A stretch of DNA of 61,589 nt from an uncultured archaeon (GTDB taxonomy: Archaea; Iainarchaeota; Iainarchaeia; Iainarchaeales; JAAZKV01). Below are positions 30,017-38,393 of this stretch, piece after piece. The position numbers and the translations under genes were made by a program. The stretch is from contig CAZUCF010000005.1 of NCBI GenBank assembly GCA_964619405.1, forward strand, positions 1 through 61,589. Reading direction: 5' to 3'. The notes beneath the pieces are model-generated. The model saw only the letters and a list, made by a program, of their open reading frames with translations. It was not told where the DNA came from and ran no database searches. The number at the start of each line of letters is the position of its first letter. The first letter of the stretch is position 1.

Positions 30017-30175
30017 CTAATCATATTTCTTGAAGCCTAATCTTTCAGCATTTTGCTTAAAGCATCTCCTACAAATTCCTAATTTATATTTACTAATCAA
30101 TCCCTTGTGAGTTCCGCACATTGTGCATCTTTTTTTTCGTTTAGAGAATTTTTCAGATTTTTCTGCTTCACTCAT
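30017..30175 (-). CDS. rps14: 30S ribosomal protein S14 (zinc-finger type, 52 aa; below the ORF-track length cutoff)
   Basis: Translated by hand: MSEAEKSEKFSKRKKRCTMCGTHKGLISKYKLGICRRCFKQNAERLGFKKYD; ATGA overlap with the rpl5 stop. Confidence 0.93.
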   Translation of the reverse strand: MSEAEKSEKFSKRKKRCTMCGTHKGLISKYKLGICRRCFKQNAERLGFKKYD

Positions 30176-30666
30176 TCTAATTCAACTCCAAGTCCTTTTA
30201 CAAATTCAACTGCTTCTTCTTTTGTTACTCTTTGTTTTTTTCCAACTCTCTTCTTTTTTATTTTTCTAACTTTTACTCTGTAACCTATTTTTTTTAAAGT
30301 TACTAAAACATCAAATCCGAGTATTCCTAATTTCGGATCATATTTTATTCCTGGTAAATCAATATGTTCTCTTATTCCAAAACCAAAATTTCCTTCTTTG
30401 TCAAAGCTTCTTGATTTCATTCTATTTTCTTTTGCTTTAAGAGCTTCTTTTAAAAAAGCCATTGCTTTTTCGCCTCTCAAAGTGACTTTTAATCCTAATG
30501 GAACACCTGGTCTAACACCCCAATCAGGAATTCTTTTATTGCCATGTGTTTTTACTGGTTTTCTTCCAGTTATCAAAGTTATTATTTGTTCTCCTTTCTT
30601 CATTTTGTCGTTATCTGCACCAACGCCCATATTAACAACAACTTTTTCTAATAATATTTTCTGCAT
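30172..30666 (-). CDS. rpl5: 50S ribosomal protein L5
   Basis: KVVVNMGVG, KVTLRG..A..FL, GNF.FGI.EHID.PG.KYDP..GI.G.DV. Confidence 0.97.
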   Translation of the reverse strand: MQKILLEKVVVNMGVGADNDKMKKGEQIITLITGRKPVKTHGNKRIPDWGVRPGVPLGLKVTLRGEKAMAFLKEALKAKENRMKSRSFDKEGNFGFGIREHIDLPGIKYDPKLGILGFDVLVTLKKIGYRVKVRKIKKKRVGKKQRVTKEEAVEFVKGLGVELE

Positions 30667-30677
30667 TTAAACACCTT

Positions 30678-31379
30678 TTAAAATTGAACCTCTTTTTCAT
30701 CATTGCTAATGGCAATTATATTTTTTGCTATTGTTTCAAATATTATTCCATTTTGTTCTATTTTTACTAATTTTTCTCTTTTTACTGTTGAAGGAGCAAT
30801 TTCTTTTATTATTCCTTTTTCAGAACAATGCGAACCTTTTATTATGTATACAACAGCGTTTTCTTTTAGTTTAATTATTTTTTTTATTTTTCCTTCTGGT
30901 ATACTTACTTGTATTGAATCGCCTACTTTCACTTCATTATTAATAAATGTTCTTCCATCATTTGTTGTTATTTGAACTTTGCCTTTGTAAGAATTTTTGT
31001 GAGTAATTTTACAAATCTTTTCTTTTGGTTCTTCTTTAATTTCTTTTAATGTTAATCTTCCATTTTTATCAAATATTGTTATGAAAAATAATTTTTGTTT
31101 TTCTATTGTAATGGTATCAAATAAACCAATTCCATGTCTATAATCAATTTTTATTTTACCATTAATTTTTACTTCCTTGTTCAACAAAATATTTTTGGCT
31201 TCTTTTAAATTACTTGCAATTTTTATGTAATCTCTTAATATAATTCCTAATGGTATGGCATTAGCATCGTGTGCGCCTGCTCTGTTTTTTATTGTCCAAA
31301 CATTTTCCTTTCTTTTTATTTTCCTTGTTTTTGGTGCATTTATTGCCTTTAATTTTTTATTTTGTCCTTTCTTACTCAT
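30678..31379 (-). CDS. rps4e: 30S ribosomal protein S4e
   Basis: LK...AP, GAH....IPL..ILRD, V.ING....D....GLFD.I, G.H...G.I. Confidence 0.95.
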   Translation of the reverse strand: MSKKGQNKKLKAINAPKTRKIKRKENVWTIKNRAGAHDANAIPLGIILRDYIKIASNLKEAKNILLNKEVKINGKIKIDYRHGIGLFDTITIEKQKLFFITIFDKNGRLTLKEIKEEPKEKICKITHKNSYKGKVQITTNDGRTFINNEVKVGDSIQVSIPEGKIKKIIKLKENAVVYIIKGSHCSEKGIIKEIAPSTVKREKLVKIEQNGIIFETIAKNIIAISNDEKEVQF

Positions 31380-31735
31380 TTTTTCACACTCTTAATTTTT
31401 TTTAATCTTTTTTTATCACTTGTTTCTAATTCTCTAACAATAACTTTTGATGGGTCAATTGCTACATCAAATTCAGTCCCATCACTTTTTTTTCTTATAA
31501 CTTTTTCAACAAATATTTTTCCATTTTTTCTATCTAATTTAATTATTTTTCCTTCGCTTCCTTTAAAAGAACCCCTTACTATTTTTACAACATCATTTTT
31601 TCTTAATGGGATACTTCTTGTTTTAAGTTCTTTTCTTAATCTTTCACTTAAATGTCCTGCAAGAGTCTTTGCTTTTTTTTGGATTGGTGCAGTAAATGCA
31701 TTTTTTCTCGTTTTTCTTGGTTTACTTGAATTCAT
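31376..31735 (-). CDS. rpl24: 50S ribosomal protein L24
   Basis: SSKPRK.RK, LS..LR.E...RS.P.RK.D.V...RG.FKG, IDPSKV. Confidence 0.95.
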   Translation of the reverse strand: MNSSKPRKTRKNAFTAPIQKKAKTLAGHLSERLRKELKTRSIPLRKNDVVKIVRGSFKGSEGKIIKLDRKNGKIFVEKVIRKKSDGTEFDVAIDPSKVIVRELETSDKKRLKKIKSVKK

Positions 31736-31745
31736 TTTATCACAC

Positions 31746-32144
31746 TCACACTACTACTGAAGCCATTCCGGCTATTTTTGGAAACCTTTCTCCAACTTCT
31801 TTTGCAACACAACCCTTAATTTCTGATGCTTTTGGTAAACCATCTACATCAACAAGGACAACTGCGTTATCTTCAAATTTAACTCTCATTCCGTTTGCTC
31901 TTCTGAATTCTTTTCTTGTTCTTACTACTACTGCTTTTTCTATTTTTCCTCTCATCTCTGGTTTTCCTTTTTTTATTACAACATTAACCATTGAACCAAT
32001 TCCTGCTTTTGGAATAGCTCTTTTCTTGTTGTGATATTTGAAAACTGATATAATATAAACTTCTTTTGCTCCACTATTATCAGTGCAAGTAACCATGCTT
32101 TTAAGCGTTAACGCTTTATTATTTTTTATGCTCATTGATCTCAT
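31746..32144 (-). CDS. rpl14: 50S ribosomal protein L14
   Basis: DNSGAKE, GKPEMR, VVRTRKE.RR..G.RV.FEDNA.V. Confidence 0.97.
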   Translation of the reverse strand: MRSMSIKNNKALTLKSMVTCTDNSGAKEVYIISVFKYHNKKRAIPKAGIGSMVNVVIKKGKPEMRGKIEKAVVVRTRKEFRRANGMRVKFEDNAVVLVDVDGLPKASEIKGCVAKEVGERFPKIAGMASVVV

Positions 32145-32473
32145 TTTTTTTCACCGGTAATAACTTTCATAACAACAAAATTTTTTGTTTTACTGATTTT
32201 TCTTGTTTCTCCAATAATAACTTTGTCGCCTTCTTTAACAATCATTCCTTCAGGAACGTGTGCTTTGATTTTTGAAAATACTTTCTTGTATCTTTCATAT
32301 TTTGAAATATAATGTGTTATTTCTCTTTTCACAGTTATTGTTTTATTTGCTTTTGCTGAAGTAACAATTCCCTCGAATATATTTCCTCTTATGGGATATT
32401 GTTTTTCTTTTTTAACTTCAACTTTTTTTTCAGGAACTTCCTTTTTAATTTTTTTTGTAACCATAAAAATCAC
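32141..32473 (-). CDS. rps17: 30S ribosomal protein S17
   Basis: IRG..FEG.V.S.K..KT..V, KYERY.K..SKI.AH.P, ETR.ISKTK.FVV. Confidence 0.95.
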   Translation of the reverse strand: MIFMVTKKIKKEVPEKKVEVKKEKQYPIRGNIFEGIVTSAKANKTITVKREITHYISKYERYKKVFSKIKAHVPEGMIVKEGDKVIIGETRKISKTKNFVVMKVITGEKK

Positions 32474-32739
32474 CTATTAATTCTGTCTTCGGGTCTCTTA
32501 AGAATTTTTTTTCCATCCACAATAATTTTTTCTCCAACATCAAATTCAAAAACACATTCTTTTTTTGGAATAACTTTTTTGTTTTCCAAAACAAAAGTGT
32601 TTTTTGTTTCATCAATTATTTTTCCTTTAATTCCAATTCTGTGTGGATCCGAGCTTTCAACAACTTTAACATTTAATCCAATCATCTCGTGAACTAAAAT
32701 ATTATTGTTATTTATCTCATAATTCATTCCCTTTATCAT
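32470..32739 (-). CDS. rnp1: Ribonuclease P protein subunit Rpp29
   Basis: HEMIGL.V.V..S.DP...GI.G.IIDETKNT...IPK....FEF...VDG..I..RPEDR. Confidence 0.93.
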   Translation of the reverse strand: MIKGMNYEINNNNILVHEMIGLNVKVVESSDPHRIGIKGKIIDETKNTFVLENKKVIPKKECVFEFDVGEKIIVDGKKILKRPEDRINR

Positions 32740-32747
32740 CTTTCCCC

Positions 32748-33050
32748 CTACATTTCAATTAAATCTTCATTAAATCCTTTGGCAATGAGAAACGCTTTTA
32801 ATTTGTTTTTGTGATCTCCTTGTAATTCTATTATATTATCTTTTACTGTTCCCCCGCAAGCAAATTTTTGTTTCATTTCTTTTCCCAATTCTTTAACCAT
32901 TTCTTTTTCCTCAATTCCGGTTATTATTGTTACCATTTTTTTGAATCTAATTCTTTTGACTTCGATTCTAATTTTTTGTTGCCCTTTGGTTATATTTGCA
33001 ATATCAAACAAATCTTTTGGTAACCCGCTAATTTTATCAATTTCTTGCAT
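32748..33050 (-). CDS. Translation initiation factor aIF1 (SUI1/YciH)
   Basis: GLPKDL, K.VTII.G, LGKEMK.KFACGGTVK...IELQGDH. Confidence 0.93.
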   Translation of the reverse strand: MQEIDKISGLPKDLFDIANITKGQQKIRIEVKRIRFKKMVTIITGIEEKEMVKELGKEMKQKFACGGTVKDNIIELQGDHKNKLKAFLIAKGFNEDLIEM

Positions 33051-33249
33051 CACTTGCCTCCTTCTCATTTATTAATGTAAGTAATCTTGCAATATCTTTT
33101 CTAATTTTTTTTATTTTTCCTGGATTCTCACTTTTTGTTCCTGACGCTATTGTTGATCGTTCTTTGCTTAATTCTTGTTTTAATTCAATAACATTTTGTT
33201 CTAATTCATTAATACTCAAACCAATCATTTCTTTTTTTTTCAAACTCAT
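33037..33249 (-). CDS. rpl29: 50S ribosomal protein L29
   Basis: EL..EL..ER...ASG...ENPGKIK.IRK.IAR.LT. Confidence 0.93.
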   Translation of the reverse strand: MSLKKKEMIGLSINELEQNVIELKQELSKERSTIASGTKSENPGKIKKIRKDIARLLTLINEKEASDARN

Positions 33250-33254
33250 TTTAA

Positions 33255-34211
33255 TCACTTTTTAATTTTTTCTTCCTTGTGTTTTATTTTCTCAACTTTC
33301 TTACTTATTTTTTCAACAATACCTTCTTTTTTTGGCTTATCTTCTTTTTCATTTGTATTTTTTGTTTCATTACTTACTTCTTTTTGTTTTGTTGTTTCTT
33401 CGCTTGTTTTATCTTTAAGTTCTTTTTCATTATTTGTTTTTTTTACATCAATTTTTGTTTCTTTGTTTTTATCTTCTTTTTTAATTTCAATTGCTTCTTC
33501 TTTGTTTTGTTTTGTTGTTTCTTCGCTTGTATCTTTTACTTTTTCATTATCTTCTTTTTTTTCGCTTTCAATTTCTTGTTCTTTCTTTTCTTCTTTAACC
33601 TTTTTCATATTTTCCATGACTTTTTTTACATCAATTTTGTCTGGGAAAATAACTTCTGGGTGAATAATACTTAATTTTATTCCAATTGCGCCTATTTTTG
33701 GGTTTGCTGATGCTTGTGCTCTGTCAACAAGTTTTGATTGTGCTCCAATTTTTTTCATGTATCCTATGGCAATTCTTTGTTTTCTTTTTCTTGCTCCTTT
33801 TGCTCCTAAAGCTCCTTTAAATACTAATTCAACACCTTGTGCGCCAGAATCCATTATGTCTTTTACTACTCTAAAAGAAATGCTTCTCCAAGAATAACCT
33901 CTGTTCATCATTGAAGCCATTTTTTCAACAATTATTTTTGCATTTAAATTTGGTTTCTTTATTTCTTGTATTTCTATTTGGGGGTTATCAATTTTGTATT
34001 TTTTTGCAATTACTTCTGTCAAAGTTTTTATTGTTGAACCGCTTTTTCCTATTGCTAAACCTGGTTTTGCAGCATGTAAAACTATTCTTGTTACTAATGG
34101 TGTTTTTATTATTTCTAAATGACTAAATCCAGCTCTATCTAATTTTTTGGTTAGATAATTTTCTAATTCCATTCTATTGTAATTTTTTTTGATAAATGTT
34201 CTTTCAATCAT
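33255..34211 (-). CDS. rps3: 30S ribosomal protein S3 with about 115-aa K/E/T-rich C-terminal tail
   Basis: KTPL.TRI...A.KPG..IG..G..I, M.SGA.G.E....G.LG..G.R. Confidence 0.95.
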   Translation of the reverse strand: MIERTFIKKNYNRMELENYLTKKLDRAGFSHLEIIKTPLVTRIVLHAAKPGLAIGKSGSTIKTLTEVIAKKYKIDNPQIEIQEIKKPNLNAKIIVEKMASMMNRGYSWRSISFRVVKDIMDSGAQGVELVFKGALGAKGARKRKQRIAIGYMKKIGAQSKLVDRAQASANPKIGAIGIKLSIIHPEVIFPDKIDVKKVMENMKKVKEEKKEQEIESEKKEDNEKVKDTSEETTKQNKEEAIEIKKEDKNKETKIDVKKTNNEKELKDKTSEETTKQKEVSNETKNTNEKEDKPKKEGIVEKISKKVEKIKHKEEKIKK

Positions 34212-34221
34212 TTTTTCACCT

Positions 34222-34695
34222 TTATGCTTTCATTTCAGAAACAATTACTTCTAAATGTGTCGCGTTTTTTCTCCTTGATTTTCCACCGATTTTTCCTTTG
34301 CTTTGATGACTGTACCTTGTAATTCCTTTTGATGCAAATAAATTAAGTATGTTTAATTTTTCAGCATCCAATCCTTTTCCATCAGCATTATTTTTAACTG
34401 ATTCTAATAATTCAATAAATGTTTTAACAACTTTTTCTGGGTATCTTCCTGATTTAACTCCTTTTTTTGAATCACCTTTTCTGTGTGCTACTTTTTTATG
34501 ATACATTTTTAATGGTAAATATTCTTCGTGTGAATAAATTTTTTCAAGCCAACTTATTGCTTTGTTAACATACATTCCTCTTAAATGATTACTAAGTTCT
34601 GTAGAATATTTTAGTGAAACATTGGCGTTAGTAATTATTGCTCTCGCTGTCTTGCTTTCTTTTCCTACTTCTGCTTGATAATTTTTTTTAGCCAT
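34222..34695 (-). CDS. rpl22: 50S ribosomal protein L22
   Basis: VS.K.S.E....RGM...A...L, AHR.G, GRYP.K, NA..KGL, THLE. Confidence 0.95.
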   Translation of the reverse strand: MAKKNYQAEVGKESKTARAIITNANVSLKYSTELSNHLRGMYVNKAISWLEKIYSHEEYLPLKMYHKKVAHRKGDSKKGVKSGRYPEKVVKTFIELLESVKNNADGKGLDAEKLNILNLFASKGITRYSHQSKGKIGGKSRRKNATHLEVIVSEMKA

Positions 34696-34706
34696 TTTTA
34701 TTCACT

Positions 34707-35099
34707 TTATCCTCTTGCTGTTATTGCAGTAGAACTCTTTGTTGCTCCTATTCCTGCTTTTCCGTGTTGTAATTTCTTTCGTGTAAAAACAAATTCTCCT
34801 AAATATTGTCCTAACATTTCTTCTTTTATGTCAAGTAATTCAAAATTATTTCCCCTGTAAACAGCAAATCTTACTCCGACCATTTCTGGGATAACAATTA
34901 AATCTCTACTATGTGTTCTAACTGGTTTAGCTTTTTCATTTGCTTTTGCTTTAACTATTTTTTTGAAAATGTGTTTATCAAAACCTTTTTTCAAACTTCT
35001 TCTTGATCTTGAATCGCATAATTCAGCAAACTCGTCAATACTCATTTTCTTTAGTTCTTCTAAGTTCTTACCCTTAAAAGTAAATTCTTTTTTAACCAT
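34707..35099 (-). CDS. rps19: 30S ribosomal protein S19
   Basis: F.FKG..LEEL..M, VRTH.RD...IPEM.G, I..EM.G.YLGEF..TRK...HG.AG.GAT.SS. Confidence 0.97.
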   Translation of the reverse strand: MVKKEFTFKGKNLEELKKMSIDEFAELCDSRSRRSLKKGFDKHIFKKIVKAKANEKAKPVRTHSRDLIVIPEMVGVRFAVYRGNNFELLDIKEEMLGQYLGEFVFTRKKLQHGKAGIGATKSSTAITARG

Positions 35100-35132
35100 T
35101 CAAACACCTTTTCATTTTAATTATTTATTATC

Positions 35133-35843
35133 CTAATTCTTTTTTCTCCGTCCTGTTCTCTTTGAAGCTATTGCTCCAACTTTTCTTCCTACTGGAGCGT
35201 TTCTTGCTGTGCTCTTTGATTTTCCAGGGTGGTGTTGTGCTCCACCAAAAGGATGGTCAACAGCATTCATTGCTACTCCTCGCACAGTAGGCCAAAATAT
35301 TTTCTTTGATTTCATTGCAAAATATTTTCTCCCTGCTTTAATAAAAGGTTTTTCGCTTTTTCCACCACAAGAAGTATTTCCAATTGTTGCTCTAACATTT
35401 AGTGGTAATGAAACCATTTTTCCTGAAGGGAATTTTAATGTGATTCCTTTCCTGTCTTTTGACATTATTAAAGCGTAACTCCCTGAACTTTTTATGAATG
35501 TTCCCCCGTCTCCCGAAATTTTTTCAATATTGAATACTGGGCAACCTTCTGGCAATTCGCCTAATAATGCAACATTACCAATTTCTATTTTTGCATTTGG
35601 GCCTTGTTCTATTTTTTGTCCAACATAAACTCCTTCTGCTGCAACAACGTTTTCTATTTGACCATCATCAAACACAATTTTTTGTAAGATAGCATTTCTT
35701 CCAGTGTCTTTAATAAGATCAACTATTTGTCCTTTTTTTAATTCATCTGTTTGTGTTAAATAAGCTGATTTGATTCCGTCTAACTTTGCTTTAAAAGTAT
35801 TGGTTCCTCGTCCTCTTCTCTGACTATACAATCGTTTTCCCAT
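35133..35843 (-). CDS. rpl2: 50S ribosomal protein L2
   Basis: MGKR...QRRG.G, LPEG.PVFNIE, WPTVRGVAMNAVDHPFGG. Confidence 0.97.
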   Translation of the reverse strand: MGKRLYSQRRGRGTNTFKAKLDGIKSAYLTQTDELKKGQIVDLIKDTGRNAILQKIVFDDGQIENVVAAEGVYVGQKIEQGPNAKIEIGNVALLGELPEGCPVFNIEKISGDGGTFIKSSGSYALIMSKDRKGITLKFPSGKMVSLPLNVRATIGNTSCGGKSEKPFIKAGRKYFAMKSKKIFWPTVRGVAMNAVDHPFGGAQHHPGKSKSTARNAPVGRKVGAIASKRTGRRKKN

Positions 35844-35868
35844 ATTATCAACCTTAAAAATAATTTAT

Positions 35869-36255
35869 TTACAATACTCCGAGTTTGGTTGCAAGGTCTT
35901 GTGCCTTGAATTCTTTTTTTAATTTTATTATTGCTTTTTTTCTTCCTTTTCTGTCTCTAATAATATTTATTTTTTCAACTTTTATTTCATACGCTTTTTC
36001 AACAATTTTTTTAACATCTTTTTTTGTCGCCTTATCAGAAACAATAAATGTTATTTTGTTTTCCGAATCAATCATGTTAACTGCTTTTTCAGTTACTAGT
36101 GGAAACAATATTATGTCTAAATCATTTAGGGTTAGTTTAACTTTTATTGGTTTGCTTTGTTTTACTTCTTTTTTTGTTTCAACTTGTTTTTTGTTTTCTT
36201 CTTGTTTCCTTTGTTTTTTTTCTTGTTCATTAAGTTTAACCATAATATTCACCAA
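35869..36255 (-). CDS. rpl23: 50S ribosomal protein L23 with K/E/Q-rich N-terminal extension
   Basis: I..P..TEKA...I...NK..F.V...A.K..VK..VE, K.KKA..KL....A..LA..LG. Confidence 0.93.
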   Translation of the reverse strand: MVNIMVKLNEQEKKQRKQEENKKQVETKKEVKQSKPIKVKLTLNDLDIILFPLVTEKAVNMIDSENKITFIVSDKATKKDVKKIVEKAYEIKVEKINIIRDRKGRKKAIIKLKKEFKAQDLATKLGVL

Positions 36256-37164
36256 TTACTTTTTTGTTTTCTTTGAAACCTTTTTTGTCATTGCTTTTTT
36301 CTCAACTATTTTTTTTACAATTTTCTCTTCTTTTTTTGTGTTTGCTTTTATTTTTTTTGAATTTTTTCCTTCTTTCTCGTTCAAAAAATCTATTGCGCTT
36401 TGAGTCCAAACAACTAATCTTCCTGCTTCGGCTCCCGGAGCAAGTAATTCAGTGTTTAATGATTTTATTGTTACAGAGTCAACGCCAGGTAAATTTCTTG
36501 ATGCTTTCAAAACAGGTTTATTGTTTCCTGTTATTATTAGAACACTCTTCTTTACTTTCTTTGTTCTGCCCCTTGCTTTTCCTTTTCCAGCTCTTTTTCT
36601 TATTTTTTCCTTTGCATTTCTAATATCATTTCCAACACCAATTTTTTCAAGTATTTTGCAAAGCTCTTTTGTTTTTTTAACATCTTCAAAAGAATCTTCT
36701 ATTATTATTGGTAGTTCATTATCAAAAATAAATCTCTTTTCTACTAATTCCTTCATTTTTGTAGTGGCAATAGCGCTTTCTAAAGCAAGTTTTCTTTCTT
36801 TCTTATTTATTTTTTCTACTATAACTTTCCATGATTTTGGTGCATTAGGCGATCTTCCGCCAACAGATTGTGATACTCTCCCAACTCTCCCGTGTAATAA
36901 ATATCTCCTATTTCTCGTTCTTGGTAATCTAGCCATGTTAGTGTTAATAGTTCTTCTTGGTGTTGGTTTGTCTCTTACAGCAACATACAATGCTGTTGTT
37001 TTGAATCCTGCTCTTTGATCAGCACCCTTTGGTTGTAATCTTGCTGTTTGCATTGATAAAACAGCTCTTTTTATTAGAACTGGCTTGTATTCAGTGTCAA
37101 ATACTCTTGGTAATTCGATACTACCTTTGTTTGAACCGTCGATTCCTAATAATTTTGCTTTCAT
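36256..37164 (-). CDS. rpl4: 50S ribosomal protein L4 with basic C-terminal tail
   Basis: VGGR...PK.W...EKIN.KER.LA..SAIA, RAGKGK.RGR, RNLPGVD, LAPG...GRL..WT. Confidence 0.95.
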   Translation of the reverse strand: MKAKLLGIDGSNKGSIELPRVFDTEYKPVLIKRAVLSMQTARLQPKGADQRAGFKTTALYVAVRDKPTPRRTINTNMARLPRTRNRRYLLHGRVGRVSQSVGGRSPNAPKSWKVIVEKINKKERKLALESAIATTKMKELVEKRFIFDNELPIIIEDSFEDVKKTKELCKILEKIGVGNDIRNAKEKIRKRAGKGKARGRTKKVKKSVLIITGNNKPVLKASRNLPGVDSVTIKSLNTELLAPGAEAGRLVVWTQSAIDFLNEKEGKNSKKIKANTKKEEKIVKKIVEKKAMTKKVSKKTKK

Positions 37165-37169
37165 AAAAA

Positions 37170-38168
37170 TCACTTGTTAAAAATTTTTTCAACTCTTTCT
37201 ATTTGTAATCCTGCTTTCCTTGCTGGTCTCTGACTTTTCCTAATTGCAATACATCGCTTGCTTGGTCCAGGTAATGAACCAGCTATTAAAACAAATTTTC
37301 CATTAACATTCCCGTATTTAGAATAACCACTTTTACCATTAATTTCTTTTATATCATCAGAAATCTTCAACAATTTTTTATTGTATTCTGTTCTATTATG
37401 ATAACCCATTTGTCCTGCTCTTGCAACAGTGAACATTACAGTACTTGGATTCCACGGGCTAATACTTCCAACAATTCTTCTTTTTTTTGCTTTTGGTCTT
37501 TGTTGTTTGATTCCAAATCTCTTTATTACTCCTTGAAAACCCTTTCCTTTTGTAACTGCTCTTGTATCTAAAAAGTCTCCTTCTTTAAAAATGTCTTCAA
37601 CATTTATTTCTTTTCCAATTAGTTCTTTTGCTTTTTGTAATTGTTCTTCTTTTGTTCCACCTAAATCAATTTCTGTTAAATCTGGTTTCTTTTTTAATTC
37701 AATTTGTTTTGGTTGAGTATTAATAATAAGAGTAAAATAATCAATTTCATTAATCTTTTTTTCAAAATCTTCAATTGTATTTTTAACTTTTGTTTCTTTT
37801 TTTTCTTTCTTTGAAACTTTTTTCTTAAAATTTGGTATTTTTCTCTCTAATTCTCTATCAAACTTTTCGCTTAAAACATCTCCCAAAACACAGTAACCGA
37901 TTTCGTCTTTTATGTATGCTCTTACTCCAAGCACTTTTAATGCTGGGCACTCAACAATTGTTGCTGGTAAATAAACGGTTTGGCCAAAAGTAGGGCTTCC
38001 TTTGTGAATATTTTTCCCTAGTACTTGTGTCATCCCAACTTTGTATCCAAGAAAACTTAAAGCGCCTGCTTCATTACTATTAGCGTTCATTGAAGGGGTT
38101 TCTTTTTTTGCTCTTACTCTTGGGTAAAAAGCCATTGAACCCTTTCTTGATGCATTATAACTTGCCAT
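37170..38168 (-). CDS. rpl3: 50S ribosomal protein L3
   Basis: RKGSM.FYPR.RA, GYKVGMT, VTKGKGFQGVIKRFG, RAGQMGYH.RTE.NK. Confidence 0.97.
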   Translation of the reverse strand: MASYNASRKGSMAFYPRVRAKKETPSMNANSNEAGALSFLGYKVGMTQVLGKNIHKGSPTFGQTVYLPATIVECPALKVLGVRAYIKDEIGYCVLGDVLSEKFDRELERKIPNFKKKVSKKEKKETKVKNTIEDFEKKINEIDYFTLIINTQPKQIELKKKPDLTEIDLGGTKEEQLQKAKELIGKEINVEDIFKEGDFLDTRAVTKGKGFQGVIKRFGIKQQRPKAKKRRIVGSISPWNPSTVMFTVARAGQMGYHNRTEYNKKLLKISDDIKEINGKSGYSKYGNVNGKFVLIAGSLPGPSKRCIAIRKSQRPARKAGLQIERVEKIFNK

Positions 38169-38393
38169 TTTTATTCACTTTAATTTATTATCTTGTTAAA
38201 TGAAATTCGTTCAAACTCGCGTTTGATTTCGTATTTACTCTCACTCACCAAGAGAGCAGTGTACTAAGCTTCATTATCAACAAAGCTCAAATATAATGAA
38301 TTTTTCCAGAGAAACCTTTATAAACCAAACTCTGGCTCTTTTGAAAACAATTCTTTTCATTAAAACAATTCTTCTTTTGAGTTAATTCCATTA

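Noticed and set aside
35143-35157. 13-bp match AACAGGACGGAGA between the rpl2 3' end and the rpoH insert end
   Set aside because: Here it encodes the conserved RTGRR of L2 with no duplication or insert, so it is probably coincidence.
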